DNA of 44,796 bases. It comes from an uncultured Solibacteraceae bacterium (GTDB lineage: Bacteria; Acidobacteriota; Vicinamibacteria; Vicinamibacterales; SCN-69-37). The notes under the pieces are model-generated. The model was not told the DNA's origin and ran no database searches. It was given only the letters and a program-made list of their open reading frames with translations. The position numbers and the translations under genes are program-made. This document shows positions 17,592 through 25,646 of this stretch, one piece after another (positions within the stretch are counted from its first letter, which is position 1; each line of letters starts with the position of its first letter). Location of the stretch: positions 1 through 44,796 of the forward strand of contig CAYZLT010000004.1 in NCBI GenBank assembly GCA_964479175.1, given 5' to 3'.

Positions 17592-18812
17592 ATGAGCGCA
17601 CACCTGATCAAAGGCGGCGTCACAACGCCGGCGGGATTTGTTGCGGCCGGCGTGTACTGCGGCATCAAGAAGCCGACACACGCGCACCCGCTTGACCTCT
17701 GTCTGATTGCGTCCACGTCGGGCCCGGTGCCGGCGGCGGCCGTCTTCACCACCAACCTCGCCGTGGCCGCGCCGGTCGTGGTGTCGCGTGAACATCTCAC
17801 CCGTGCCGGCGGCCTGTGCGCAGGCGCGGTCGTCAACAGCGGCTGCGCCAATGCCGTCACCGGTGAAGCCGGCATGGCCGTGGCCAAGGGCATGGCCGGC
17901 GCGGCTGCGGAAGCGCTCGGTGTGAGCGACGAGTTCATCTTTGTTTCGTCCACCGGCGTCATCGGTGTGCCGCTGAGCCTGACCAAGGTGCGTGCGGGCA
18001 TTACGGCGGCCAAAGCTGCGTTATCCGTGGACGGCAACGACAACGCGACCACGGCGATCATGACCACGGATCCGTTTCCGAAGTCGTGTGCCGCCTATGT
18101 CGACACGCCGAAGGGGCGCGTGACCGTCGGCGGCATCACCAAAGGCTCGGGCATGATCGAGCCGCGGATGGCCACGATGCTGGGATTCCTGACGACCGAC
18201 GCGAAGGTTGCACCCGACGTCCTGCAGATCGCGCTTCGCCGCATCTGCGACGAGACGTTTAACGCGATTACCGTCGACGGCGAGTGCTCCACCAACGACT
18301 GCGTCCTGCTCATGGCCTCCGGCGCTTCGGGCATCGAAATCACCGACCCGTCCGACCCGGCGCTCGTCGAACCACTTCGCGCGGTGGCGGGACACCTCGC
18401 CCGCGAGATCGTGCGCGGCGGCGAGGGCGCGACCAAACTGGTCACCATCCGTGTAACCGGCGCGGCGTCACTTGATGACGCGCGCCTGGGTGCACGAACG
18501 ATTGCCAACTCGCCGTTGGTGAAGACGGCGATTCATGGCGGCGACCCGAACTGGGGCCGGCTCATCGCGGCTGCCGGCCGATCAGGTGCCCACTTCGTGC
18601 TCGACCATGCGTCGGTAAAAATTGGAGACATTGACCTCTTCGTCAACGGCGTGCCGTTTGACGAACGCGCCGATGCGGCAGCCACAGTGCTGCAGGGAAA
18701 GGAAATGGTCATCACGGTGGACCTGGGCACCGGCGGCGCACACGAGGCCACGATGTGGACGTGTGATTTCAGCAAGGAATACGTGACCATCAACGCGGAG
18801 TACCGGACGTAA
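17592..18812 (+). CDS. argJ: Bifunctional ornithine acetyltransferase / N-acetylglutamate synthase
   Basis: GGVTTPAGF N-terminus; self-cleavage region ATMLGFLTTDA; 406 aa. Confidence 0.93.
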   Translation: MSAHLIKGGVTTPAGFVAAGVYCGIKKPTHAHPLDLCLIASTSGPVPAAAVFTTNLAVAAPVVVSREHLTRAGGLCAGAVVNSGCANAVTGEAGMAVAKGMAGAAAEALGVSDEFIFVSSTGVIGVPLSLTKVRAGITAAKAALSVDGNDNATTAIMTTDPFPKSCAAYVDTPKGRVTVGGITKGSGMIEPRMATMLGFLTTDAKVAPDVLQIALRRICDETFNAITVDGECSTNDCVLLMASGASGIEITDPSDPALVEPLRAVAGHLAREIVRGGEGATKLVTIRVTGAASLDDARLGARTIANSPLVKTAIHGGDPNWGRLIAAAGRSGAHFVLDHASVKIGDIDLFVNGVPFDERADAAATVLQGKEMVITVDLGTGGAHEATMWTCDFSKEYVTINAEYRT

Positions 18813-18825
18813 TCCCGGAACCCAC

Positions 18826-18893
18826 TTGACTTGCCGTGGTAGTGCCTTCAAGCGCACGGTGACAAGTGGCGCTCCCTTACCACGGCAAGTCAA
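18826..18893 (+). other. Intercistronic stem-loop between argJ and argF (16-bp perfect stem, 36-nt loop)
   Basis: TTGACTTGCCGTGGTA (18826-18841) is the exact reverse complement of TACCACGGCAAGTCAA (18878-18893). The loop holds a 5-bp AGCGC/GCGCT sub-hairpin. The structure ends 2 nt before the argF GGAG. Confidence 0.7.
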
Positions 18894-18907
18894 ATGGAGT
18901 TCCAATT

Positions 18908-19855
18908 ATGATCGTTGAACTACCGGCGCTGGAGTCCAAGGACTTCCTCTCCATCCTCAACCTGAGCCCCGACGCGCTTGAGCAGGCGCTGGCGCTGGCC
19001 GCGGTCTTCAAGTCCGAACGCCAGAAGGGGCGTCCACACGCACACGTGCTTGAGGGACAGCACATCGCACTGCTCTTCGAAAAGCCGTCGCTGCGCACAC
19101 ACTCCGCATTCACGATTGCGGTGCGCGAATTGGGTGGCGACGTCATCGAGCCGGCCAGCGAGGTGGCGTTCAGCGGTCGCGAATCCGCCTCAGACGTGGC
19201 GCGCAACCTCGAACGCTGGGTCCCCATCGTCGTCGTCCGTACCTTTGAACAGGCGCGCCTCGAACGGTTCGCCGCGTCCTCGGCGCGCATGCGTGTCATC
19301 AACGCGCTGACTGACGAAGAACATCCGTGTCAGGCACTGGCCGACATGCAGGCGCTCATCGAGCGCTGGGGCAGCGTCAAGGGACGAACGGTCGCGTACG
19401 TCGGTGACGGCAACAACGTCGCGGCGTCGCTGGCGCAGGCGTCGGTGATGCTCGGCATGCATGTGCGCATTGCCACGCCGGAGGGCTTCGAACTCAACGC
19501 CGGACTGGCCGAGTCGGTCAGTCGGGTCACGCGCTTCGGCGCCACACTCACGCAGGGCTACGATCCCATCGCGGCGGTCGAGGGCGCCGACGCCGTCTAC
19601 ACCGATGCGTGGGCATCGATGGGGCAGGAAGACGACGCCGAGCGCCGCACCGGGATCTTTAGACCGTTCCAGGTCAACGCCGCGATGATGGCCGCCGCCG
19701 GCAAGGACGCGCTCTTCATGCACTGCCTGCCCGCGCACCGCGGACTCGAGGTGACCGACGAAGTCATCGACTCACCCGCGTCGATCGTCTTCGATCAGAG
19801 CGAAAATCGCCTGCACACGCAGAAGGCGCTGCTCGCGATGATGTCGGCACGCTGA
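18908..19855 (+). CDS. argF: Ornithine carbamoyltransferase
   Basis: HPCQALAD, DAWASMG and HCLPAHRGLEVTDEV motifs. ATG 18908 has GGAG 8 nt upstream. The carbamoyl-phosphate motif reads SLRTH rather than STRTR. Confidence 0.9.
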   Translation: MIVELPALESKDFLSILNLSPDALEQALALAAVFKSERQKGRPHAHVLEGQHIALLFEKPSLRTHSAFTIAVRELGGDVIEPASEVAFSGRESASDVARNLERWVPIVVVRTFEQARLERFAASSARMRVINALTDEEHPCQALADMQALIERWGSVKGRTVAYVGDGNNVAASLAQASVMLGMHVRIATPEGFELNAGLAESVSRVTRFGATLTQGYDPIAAVEGADAVYTDAWASMGQEDDAERRTGIFRPFQVNAAMMAAAGKDALFMHCLPAHRGLEVTDEVIDSPASIVFDQSENRLHTQKALLAMMSAR

Positions 19856-19924
19856 AGTAGGCCGCACTGATCTTGAAGTGCGCCGTCTTCCGCAAGTAGG
19901 GCGCACTGATTTTGAAGTGCGCCG
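19855..19924. repeat. Tandem duplication (39-bp period) of a small hairpin unit AAGTAGG(C/G)CGCACTGAT(C/T)TTGAAGTGCGCCG
   Basis: Copies lie at 19855-19885 and 19894-19924. Each contains GCACT-N8-AGTGC inverted repeats (6-bp and 8-bp stems). The unit starts directly after the argF stop. Confidence 0.85.
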
Positions 19925-19945
19925 CACGGGATATGCTCAGTCGCC

Positions 19946-20404
19946 ATGAGTGCCATCCGGGTCGGGTTCGGATTGCTGGCGGCGACGGTGGCCACGCCGA
20001 TCGCGATGGCGGCGGTATTTGTCGCGCGCTGGCACTTTGAGACAGGCGGATGGGCCAGTCAGCCCTGGCCGGTGGTGCAGGATCGCATCCTGCTCTACGC
20101 GGCGCTCTCAGCTCCCGTGGCACTGTTCCTCACCGTCGGTTTTGGCGCACCCCTCACTCATCGTCGGGCCGAACTCGGACGCGCGACGGCGCTCCGGACG
20201 GCGCTGACCGGCGCGGCGCTCGGCGCGATGCCGTTCCTCATTTTTGACGGGTATGTCATCGGCATGAACCTTCTGCTGCTTGCTGATGACCCGTACAGCC
20301 GCGCGACCCTGATCACGGCCGCCCGGTGGGCGGCACTGGGATCGTGGTGCGGATTTTGGTCGGCCTGTGCCTACTGGCTGGTCGCTGTCCGACGCACTCG
20401 TTGA
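19946..20404 (+). CDS. Hypothetical integral membrane protein (about 4 TM segments)
   Basis: 152-aa ORF with four hydrophobic stretches. No recognisable family. Confidence 0.6.
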   Translation: MSAIRVGFGLLAATVATPIAMAAVFVARWHFETGGWASQPWPVVQDRILLYAALSAPVALFLTVGFGAPLTHRRAELGRATALRTALTGAALGAMPFLIFDGYVIGMNLLLLADDPYSRATLITAARWAALGSWCGFWSACAYWLVAVRRTR

Positions 20405-20435
20405 CAGCCCCATTGAGTAAGTGCACGATAAGTGC

Positions 20436-20708
20436 ATGGCCGTCAAAACCATCACCATCGACATGGAGGCGTACGACACGTTGTCCAGACACAAACGCGC
20501 CGGCCAGTCGTTCTCGCAGGTGATCAAGGCCCACTTCGGGCCGCAGCCCACGGCGGGCCGCTTGCTTGAGCGGATCAGGACCATCCGGCTTTCCGCCGAC
20601 GCGTTGGATGCGATGGAGGCGGTGGTGCGTGACCGCAAACGGCATCCGGCCAGGGCCGTGCAGCTCGATCGCAGCGGTCGAACTGATCGAGCCGGGCGCA
20701 GCCGATGA
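20436..20708 (+). CDS. vapB: VapB-type antitoxin (DUF217-like, MAVKTITIDMEAYDTL..SFSQVI)
   Basis: The N-terminal motif is typical of antitoxins paired with PIN toxins. The stop lies 10 nt before the PIN gene start. Confidence 0.7.
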   Translation: MAVKTITIDMEAYDTLSRHKRAGQSFSQVIKAHFGPQPTAGRLLERIRTIRLSADALDAMEAVVRDRKRHPARAVQLDRSGRTDRAGRSR

Positions 20709-20718
20709 TGCTGAACTA

Positions 20719-21126
20719 ATGCTGCATTTGGACACCAGCTTCCTGATTGATCTCGAACGCGAGACCAGCCAGGACAAACCCGGCCGGGCTATCGACTTTC
20801 TCGAGGCGCTCGATCCCGCGGAGGTTCTGGCTGTGTCCGTGCACGCGCTCTGCGAACTTCGCTCAGGCGCCGAACGCACCCGCAAGGCGCTTGAAACACA
20901 CGAGGCGCTGGATCGGCTCGTCGCCGGCCTCCTCGTGGTCTATCCGGACGATCGTTTCGCACCGGCGTATGCGCGCCTGCTGGCGGCCATCCGCCAATCG
21001 CGGCGGGACGTCGCGACGATGGACCTGCTCATTGCCACTGCGGCCACACTCGATGACGCGCCGCTGGTGACCCGCAACGTTAAAGACTTCTCTCGGGTGC
21101 CCGGCCTCAGGGTCCTGCGGTACTGA
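20719..21126 (+). CDS. vapC: PIN-domain ribonuclease toxin VapC
   Basis: MLHLDTSFLID start (first acidic residue), a central E in CELRSGA, and C-terminal MDLLIAATA..LVTRNVKDF; 135 aa. Confidence 0.85.
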   Translation: MLHLDTSFLIDLERETSQDKPGRAIDFLEALDPAEVLAVSVHALCELRSGAERTRKALETHEALDRLVAGLLVVYPDDRFAPAYARLLAAIRQSRRDVATMDLLIATAATLDDAPLVTRNVKDFSRVPGLRVLRY

Positions 21127-21152
21127 CCCTTCAGTGCGACAATAGATCGCCT

Positions 21153-21704
21153 ATGCATCCTTGGCACGACAGTTATATCGACGACGCGCAGCTTGATACC
21201 GCGTTTCCCGTCATTATCGAAATCCCCAAAGGCAGCTCCAACAAATACGAACTCGACAAGGAGACCGGCCTGCTCCGGCTCGACCGCGTGCTCTACAGCG
21301 CGGTGCACTACCCGGCCGACTACGGCTTCATCCCGCGCACGTTTTGCGACGATGGGGACCCGTTGGATGCGTTGGTGCTTAGCCAGGAACCCGTCCATCC
21401 CCTGACTATTGTTGAAGCACGCGCGATTGGCGTGATGCGCATGCGCGACGAAAAAGGCATCGACGACAAAATTGTCGCGGTCAGCGTGAAGGATCCGGCG
21501 TTTGCCGACTACACGGACAAGAGCCAACTGCCGCAGCACATCCTGCGGCAGGTCCGGCAGTTCTTCGAGGAGTACAAGTCCCTCGAAAACAAGGAAGTCG
21601 TGGTCGAGGACATGCTCGGGCCGAAGGAGGCCATTCAGATCATCCGGGCGGCGCTGGACTTGTATCGGCGGCTTCGACGCGGGGAGCTGGGGCGTAAAGG
21701 GTAG
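21153..21704 (+). CDS. ppa: Inorganic pyrophosphatase (family I)
   Basis: IEIPKGSSNKYELDKETG, YPADYGFIP and DGDPLDALVL motifs. Confidence 0.95.
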   Translation: MHPWHDSYIDDAQLDTAFPVIIEIPKGSSNKYELDKETGLLRLDRVLYSAVHYPADYGFIPRTFCDDGDPLDALVLSQEPVHPLTIVEARAIGVMRMRDEKGIDDKIVAVSVKDPAFADYTDKSQLPQHILRQVRQFFEEYKSLENKEVVVEDMLGPKEAIQIIRAALDLYRRLRRGELGRKG

Positions 21705-21717
21705 GCGCCGCTGTCCG

Positions 21718-21734
21718 GCGGCTCTAAGAGCCGC
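21718..21734 (+). terminator. Short GC hairpin after ppa (GCGGCTC-TAA-GAGCCGC), no T-tract
   Basis: 7-bp perfect stem read directly, embedded in further GC pairing (GGCGC 21704-21708 with GCGCC 21733-21737). Confidence 0.3.
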
Positions 21735-21769
21735 GCCACATTGGGTGTAAATGGGCGTAACATTGGTTC

Positions 21770-22819
21770 GTGCTGAAGACCGACACGCTCCTGATCACGC
21801 CGGAGATCCTGCGCCTCATCGCCAACATCGACGAATTCAAAGGTGCATGGCGCACCTTGGGCACGCTCGCGCCTGACCGTCTGTCAGCCCTGCGGCGGGT
21901 GGCCACCATCGAGAGCATCGGCTCCTCGACCCGCATCGAGGGCAGCAAACTATCCGACCGGGAGGTGGAGCAGTTGCTGGCAAACCTTGAGATCAAGTCC
22001 TTCGCCACTCGCGACGAACAGGAGGTAGCCGGCTACGCCGAGCTGATGGATCTGGTGTACTCGTCTTGGCGAGACATCCCCTGCACCGAGAATCACATCA
22101 GACAACTGCACCAGACCCTGCTGCGCCACAGCGAGAGGGACGCGTGGCATCGCGGCCGCTACAAGACCAACTCAAACAGTGTCGCCGCATTCGACGAGAA
22201 CGGTACGCAGATCGGCATCGTGTTCCAAACTGCGTCGCCCTTCGACACGCCCCGTCTTATGAGGGATCTGGCCGCGTGGGTGAACCAGGAGCGCGATGCG
22301 GCCCAGCTGCATCCGCTGTTGATCATCGCCCTGTGGGTCGTCGTGTTTTTGGAGATCCACCCATTCCAGGACGGCAACGGGCGCCTGAGTCGGGTGCTGA
22401 CGACACTGCTGCTTCTGCAGGCGGGCTATATCTACGTGCCCTACAGTTCGCTGGAAAGCGTGATCGAACAAAACAAGGACACTTACTACCTGGCCCTGGT
22501 CCAGACGCAAGGAACGATTCGCACCGAGGCGCCGAACTGGCAACCGTGGCTGGTGTTCTTCCTTCGCTCTCTGGCCGAGCAGGTTCGACGACTGGAGAAG
22601 AAGGTCGAGCGCGAGAAGATCGTACTGGCCGCCCTGCCGGAACTGCAGCTGGAGATCGTGGAGTTCGCCTGCGAGCATGGCCGCGTGACGATCGGCGAGG
22701 CCATCAAGCTGACCAGCGCCAGTCGCAACACGCTCAAGCAGCACTTCCGGATATTGGTCGAGCGCGGCACGCTGAACCAGCATGGCCGTGGCCGTGGGGT
22801 CTGGTACGACCTGCGTTGA
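21770..22819 (+). CDS. Fic family protein (AMPylase-type) with N-terminal inhibitory helix motif and C-terminal wHTH-like tail
   Basis: Fic motif HPFQDGNGRLSR. STRIEG matches the [S/T]xxxE[G/N] autoinhibition motif. GTG start. Confidence 0.9.
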   Translation: MLKTDTLLITPEILRLIANIDEFKGAWRTLGTLAPDRLSALRRVATIESIGSSTRIEGSKLSDREVEQLLANLEIKSFATRDEQEVAGYAELMDLVYSSWRDIPCTENHIRQLHQTLLRHSERDAWHRGRYKTNSNSVAAFDENGTQIGIVFQTASPFDTPRLMRDLAAWVNQERDAAQLHPLLIIALWVVVFLEIHPFQDGNGRLSRVLTTLLLLQAGYIYVPYSSLESVIEQNKDTYYLALVQTQGTIRTEAPNWQPWLVFFLRSLAEQVRRLEKKVEREKIVLAALPELQLEIVEFACEHGRVTIGEAIKLTSASRNTLKQHFRILVERGTLNQHGRGRGVWYDLR

Positions 22820-22916
22820 CGAACGCGTCTTGACGACGACCGTCAACGACCAATGGTCGGGGGGCGTATACGTACGCTACAGTTCCCCGGGTTCTTTCTC
22901 CCATCAGGAGGCTCCA

Positions 22917-25541
22917 TTGGCACGTCGAGGCATTCACACTCTTTTCCTCGGGTTGGCGGCAGTTGCCGCGTTCCTGGTCCCCGTTTCCGGCGTGCTCGTC
23001 GCCGGTGAACAGACCGCTCCTGCCCAGGCAGCGGCCCAAACGTCGGTGGTCGCGATTCGCAATGCCACCCTCGTCACGGTGTCAAAGGGCACCATCAACA
23101 ACGGCACGATCGTGATGCGCGAGGGCAAAATTGCCGCGATCGGCGCGAACGTGCAGATCCCGTCGGGGGCGACGATCGTGGACGGCACGGGCAAGTTCGT
23201 CACGCCCGGACTGATCGACGCCCATTCCCACATCGGCAATGACGCCATCAACGAGGGCGCCACGGCGGTCAGTTCGATGACCGATATGGGGCAGGTCCTC
23301 AACCCGACGGCGATCGCGATTCAGCGCGACCTGGCCGGCGGCCTCACCACGGCGAATATCCTGCACGGCTCGGCCAACCCCATCGGTGGTGGATCGGTCA
23401 CGATCAAGCTGCGCTGGGGCGTGGAAAAAGGCGACGACCTGATCTTCGAAGGCTCGATGCCGGGGATCAAGTTTGCGCTCGGTGAAAACCCGAAGCGGTC
23501 GGGCGGCGGCGCGGGTGGCCTGCAGGGCAACGCTCTCCCCCGCTACCCCGGTACCCGTCAGGGCGTCGAGTTCGTCATCCGTGACGCGTTCACGCGCGCA
23601 AAGAAGTATCAAAAGGATTGGGCGACCTACAACGCCGCCGCGAACAAGGCGACGACGATTCCACCGCGCCGAGACCTGCAGATGGACGCGCTCGTCGAAG
23701 TGCTTGAGGGCAAGCGCCTCGTGCACGCGCACTCCTATCGCGCCGACGAAATCCTGATGATGATCCGTCTCGCCGACGAGATGGGCTTCAAGGTGGCGAC
23801 CTTCCAGCACGTGCTCGAGGGGTACAAGGTCGCGAAGGAGATTGCGGCGCACGGCGCAGGCGCGTCCACCTTCTCCGACTGGTGGGGCTACAAGATCGAA
23901 GCCGAAGACGCCATCCCTGGCAACGCCGGCCTGATGACGCACAAGGGCGTGAACGTCTCGATCAACTCTGACAGCGCGGAACACGCGCGCCGCATGAACA
24001 CCGAGGCGGCCAAGTCCGTGCGCTGGGGTGACATCTCCGACGAACAGGCCATCGCGATGGTCACGATGAACCCGGCGCGCCAGCTCCGCATCGAAAACCG
24101 CGTGGGTTCACTGGAGGTCGGCAAGGACGCGGACGTGGTGCTGTGGAACAACCACCCGCTCTCCACCTACGCGATCGTCGAGCACACCTACATCGACGGC
24201 AAACTCTATTACGACCGCGCGGCGGATCTGGCGCGTATCGCGGCGGCCAACACCAACCGTCCTGCGCCCGGCACGCCGGCCGTCACCGGCAACCTCTTCA
24301 ACATCACGCCGGAAGCCGGCAAGGTCATGTTCAACGAGAACGGCGCGACCTGGGCGATCACCAACGCGCGCATCCACACGGTGTCCGGTCCGGTGATTGC
24401 GCGCGGCACGGTGGTGATCCGTGGCAACACGATTCAGGCGGTCGGCGCCAATGTGTCCATTCCGTCCGGCGCGCGCGTGGTTGATGCCCGCGGCGGCAAC
24501 GTGTACCCGGGCTTCATCGATGCCCAGACGAACCTCGGCCTCAGCGAGCCGGGCGTGCGCGGCTTTGATGACGTGAACGAAATTCTCACGTTCAACCAGA
24601 TGCTCCGCACCAAGGTGGCATATCAGTCCGATAGCGATGCGATTGCGGTCGCGCGCACGGAAGGCATCACGTCGGCGGGGATCTTCCCCGGCGGCGGCAT
24701 CATCGGCGGGGAAGTGCCGCTGATGAATCTCGACGGCTGGACTTGGGAGGAAAACGTCGTGCGTCCGTCTGCGGGCCAGGCGTTTGCCTTCCCCGGCGGT
24801 GGCGGTGGTGGTCGCGGCGGCGGCGGTGGTGGTGGATTCCCCGTCGGCGGTCGTGCGGGCGGTGCGGGCAACTCCGGTCTGCGTGAACTGGAGACATTGC
24901 TGGCACAGGCCAAGGTCTACGGTACCAACCCGAAGCGCGACATGAACTGGAACCTCGAACCGTTCCTGCCGATCCTCAACAAGCAGCAGGCGTTTTACGT
25001 GAGCGCGGGCAGCGATGCGGCGATCACGCAGGCGATCGCCTGGGCGCAGCGCCAGAACGTCAACCTCGTCATCCGCACGAGCCCGGCTACGGCGGTCTCA
25101 AGCGCGGCGACGCTGAAGGCGGCGAACGTGCCGGTCATTATCAGCACCATCCTGGCGCTGCCGGCCGGCGGTGATGAGACGTTCCACGCCGCGACGTATC
25201 AGGCGGCCGGTGAGCTGGAGAAGGCGGGCGTCACGTTTGCGTTCTCGAGCGGCGGCTTCGAGACCGTGCGGCTGATTCCCTTCCAGGCGGCGATGTCGGT
25301 GGCGTGGGGCCTGAGCAAGGAACGCGCACTGCAGGCGATGACACTCGACGCCGCGAAGATCTTCGGCGCCGACAAGCTCGTCGGCAGCATCGAAGTCGGC
25401 AAAGTCGCCAACCTCGTCGTCACCAACGGCGACGCGATGGAAATCCGGTCGCGTGTCCTGCATGTGGTCATCGCCGGAAAAGATGTGCCGCTGCAGAACA
25501 AGCAGACGGAATTGTTCAACCGTTACATGGGTCGTCAATAG
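22917..25541 (+). CDS. Secreted two-module amidohydrolase-fold protein (catalytic N-module, degenerate C-module)
   Basis: TTG 22917 has AGGAGG 5 nt upstream and begins a signal peptide. The N-module has PGLIDAHSHIG. The C-module has PGFIDAQTNLG at the equivalent site, plus a poly-Gly/RGG insert. Confidence 0.85.
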   Translation: MARRGIHTLFLGLAAVAAFLVPVSGVLVAGEQTAPAQAAAQTSVVAIRNATLVTVSKGTINNGTIVMREGKIAAIGANVQIPSGATIVDGTGKFVTPGLIDAHSHIGNDAINEGATAVSSMTDMGQVLNPTAIAIQRDLAGGLTTANILHGSANPIGGGSVTIKLRWGVEKGDDLIFEGSMPGIKFALGENPKRSGGGAGGLQGNALPRYPGTRQGVEFVIRDAFTRAKKYQKDWATYNAAANKATTIPPRRDLQMDALVEVLEGKRLVHAHSYRADEILMMIRLADEMGFKVATFQHVLEGYKVAKEIAAHGAGASTFSDWWGYKIEAEDAIPGNAGLMTHKGVNVSINSDSAEHARRMNTEAAKSVRWGDISDEQAIAMVTMNPARQLRIENRVGSLEVGKDADVVLWNNHPLSTYAIVEHTYIDGKLYYDRAADLARIAAANTNRPAPGTPAVTGNLFNITPEAGKVMFNENGATWAITNARIHTVSGPVIARGTVVIRGNTIQAVGANVSIPSGARVVDARGGNVYPGFIDAQTNLGLSEPGVRGFDDVNEILTFNQMLRTKVAYQSDSDAIAVARTEGITSAGIFPGGGIIGGEVPLMNLDGWTWEENVVRPSAGQAFAFPGGGGGGRGGGGGGGFPVGGRAGGAGNSGLRELETLLAQAKVYGTNPKRDMNWNLEPFLPILNKQQAFYVSAGSDAAITQAIAWAQRQNVNLVIRTSPATAVSSAATLKAANVPVIISTILALPAGGDETFHAATYQAAGELEKAGVTFAFSSGGFETVRLIPFQAAMSVAWGLSKERALQAMTLDAAKIFGADKLVGSIEVGKVANLVVTNGDAMEIRSRVLHVVIAGKDVPLQNKQTELFNRYMGRQ

Positions 25542-25545
25542 ATTT

Positions 25546-25634
25546 TCCGAAGGGCACTTGACACGGTATCGTAGGATGCCTCGCTCGGACGAGCGAGGCG
25601 CAAGGATACGACACCGTGTCAAGTGCCCTTCGGA
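25546..25634. other. 89-nt nested perfect hairpin between the two amidohydrolase genes
   Basis: The outer 22-bp arms TCCGAAGGGCACTTGACACGGT (25546-25567) and 25613-25634 are exact reverse complements. The inner 10-bp arms are GCCTCGCTCG (25578-25587) and CGAGCGAGGC (25590-25599). Confidence 0.9.
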
Positions 25635-25646
25635 TGTAGGAGCGAA

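Noticed and set aside
18866-18907. Upstream GTG start for argF given by the ORF track
   Set aside because: The GTG lies inside the loop of the argJ-argF hairpin. ATG 18908 has a well-spaced GGAG and gives a standard OTCase N-terminus.
22782-22916. Long start of the first amidohydrolase gene, overlapping the fic 3' end
   Set aside because: TTG 22917 is preceded by AGGAGG and starts directly at the signal peptide. The extra 45 residues have no signal-peptide character and overlap fic.
24789-24873. GGY-rich DNA repeats (also at about 25957-26016 and 26664-26712) as non-coding VNTR or assembly junk
   Set aside because: They are in frame within long ORFs and encode poly-Gly linkers at equivalent positions of paralogous modules. 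The antisense poly-Pro ORFs are shadows.
25546-25634. Interpretation of the nested hairpin as a MITE
   Set aside because: The flanks (GATTT / TGTAG) show no target-site duplication. I found no second copy in the window and no transposase is nearby. It is kept as a structural-RNA/hairpin observation instead.
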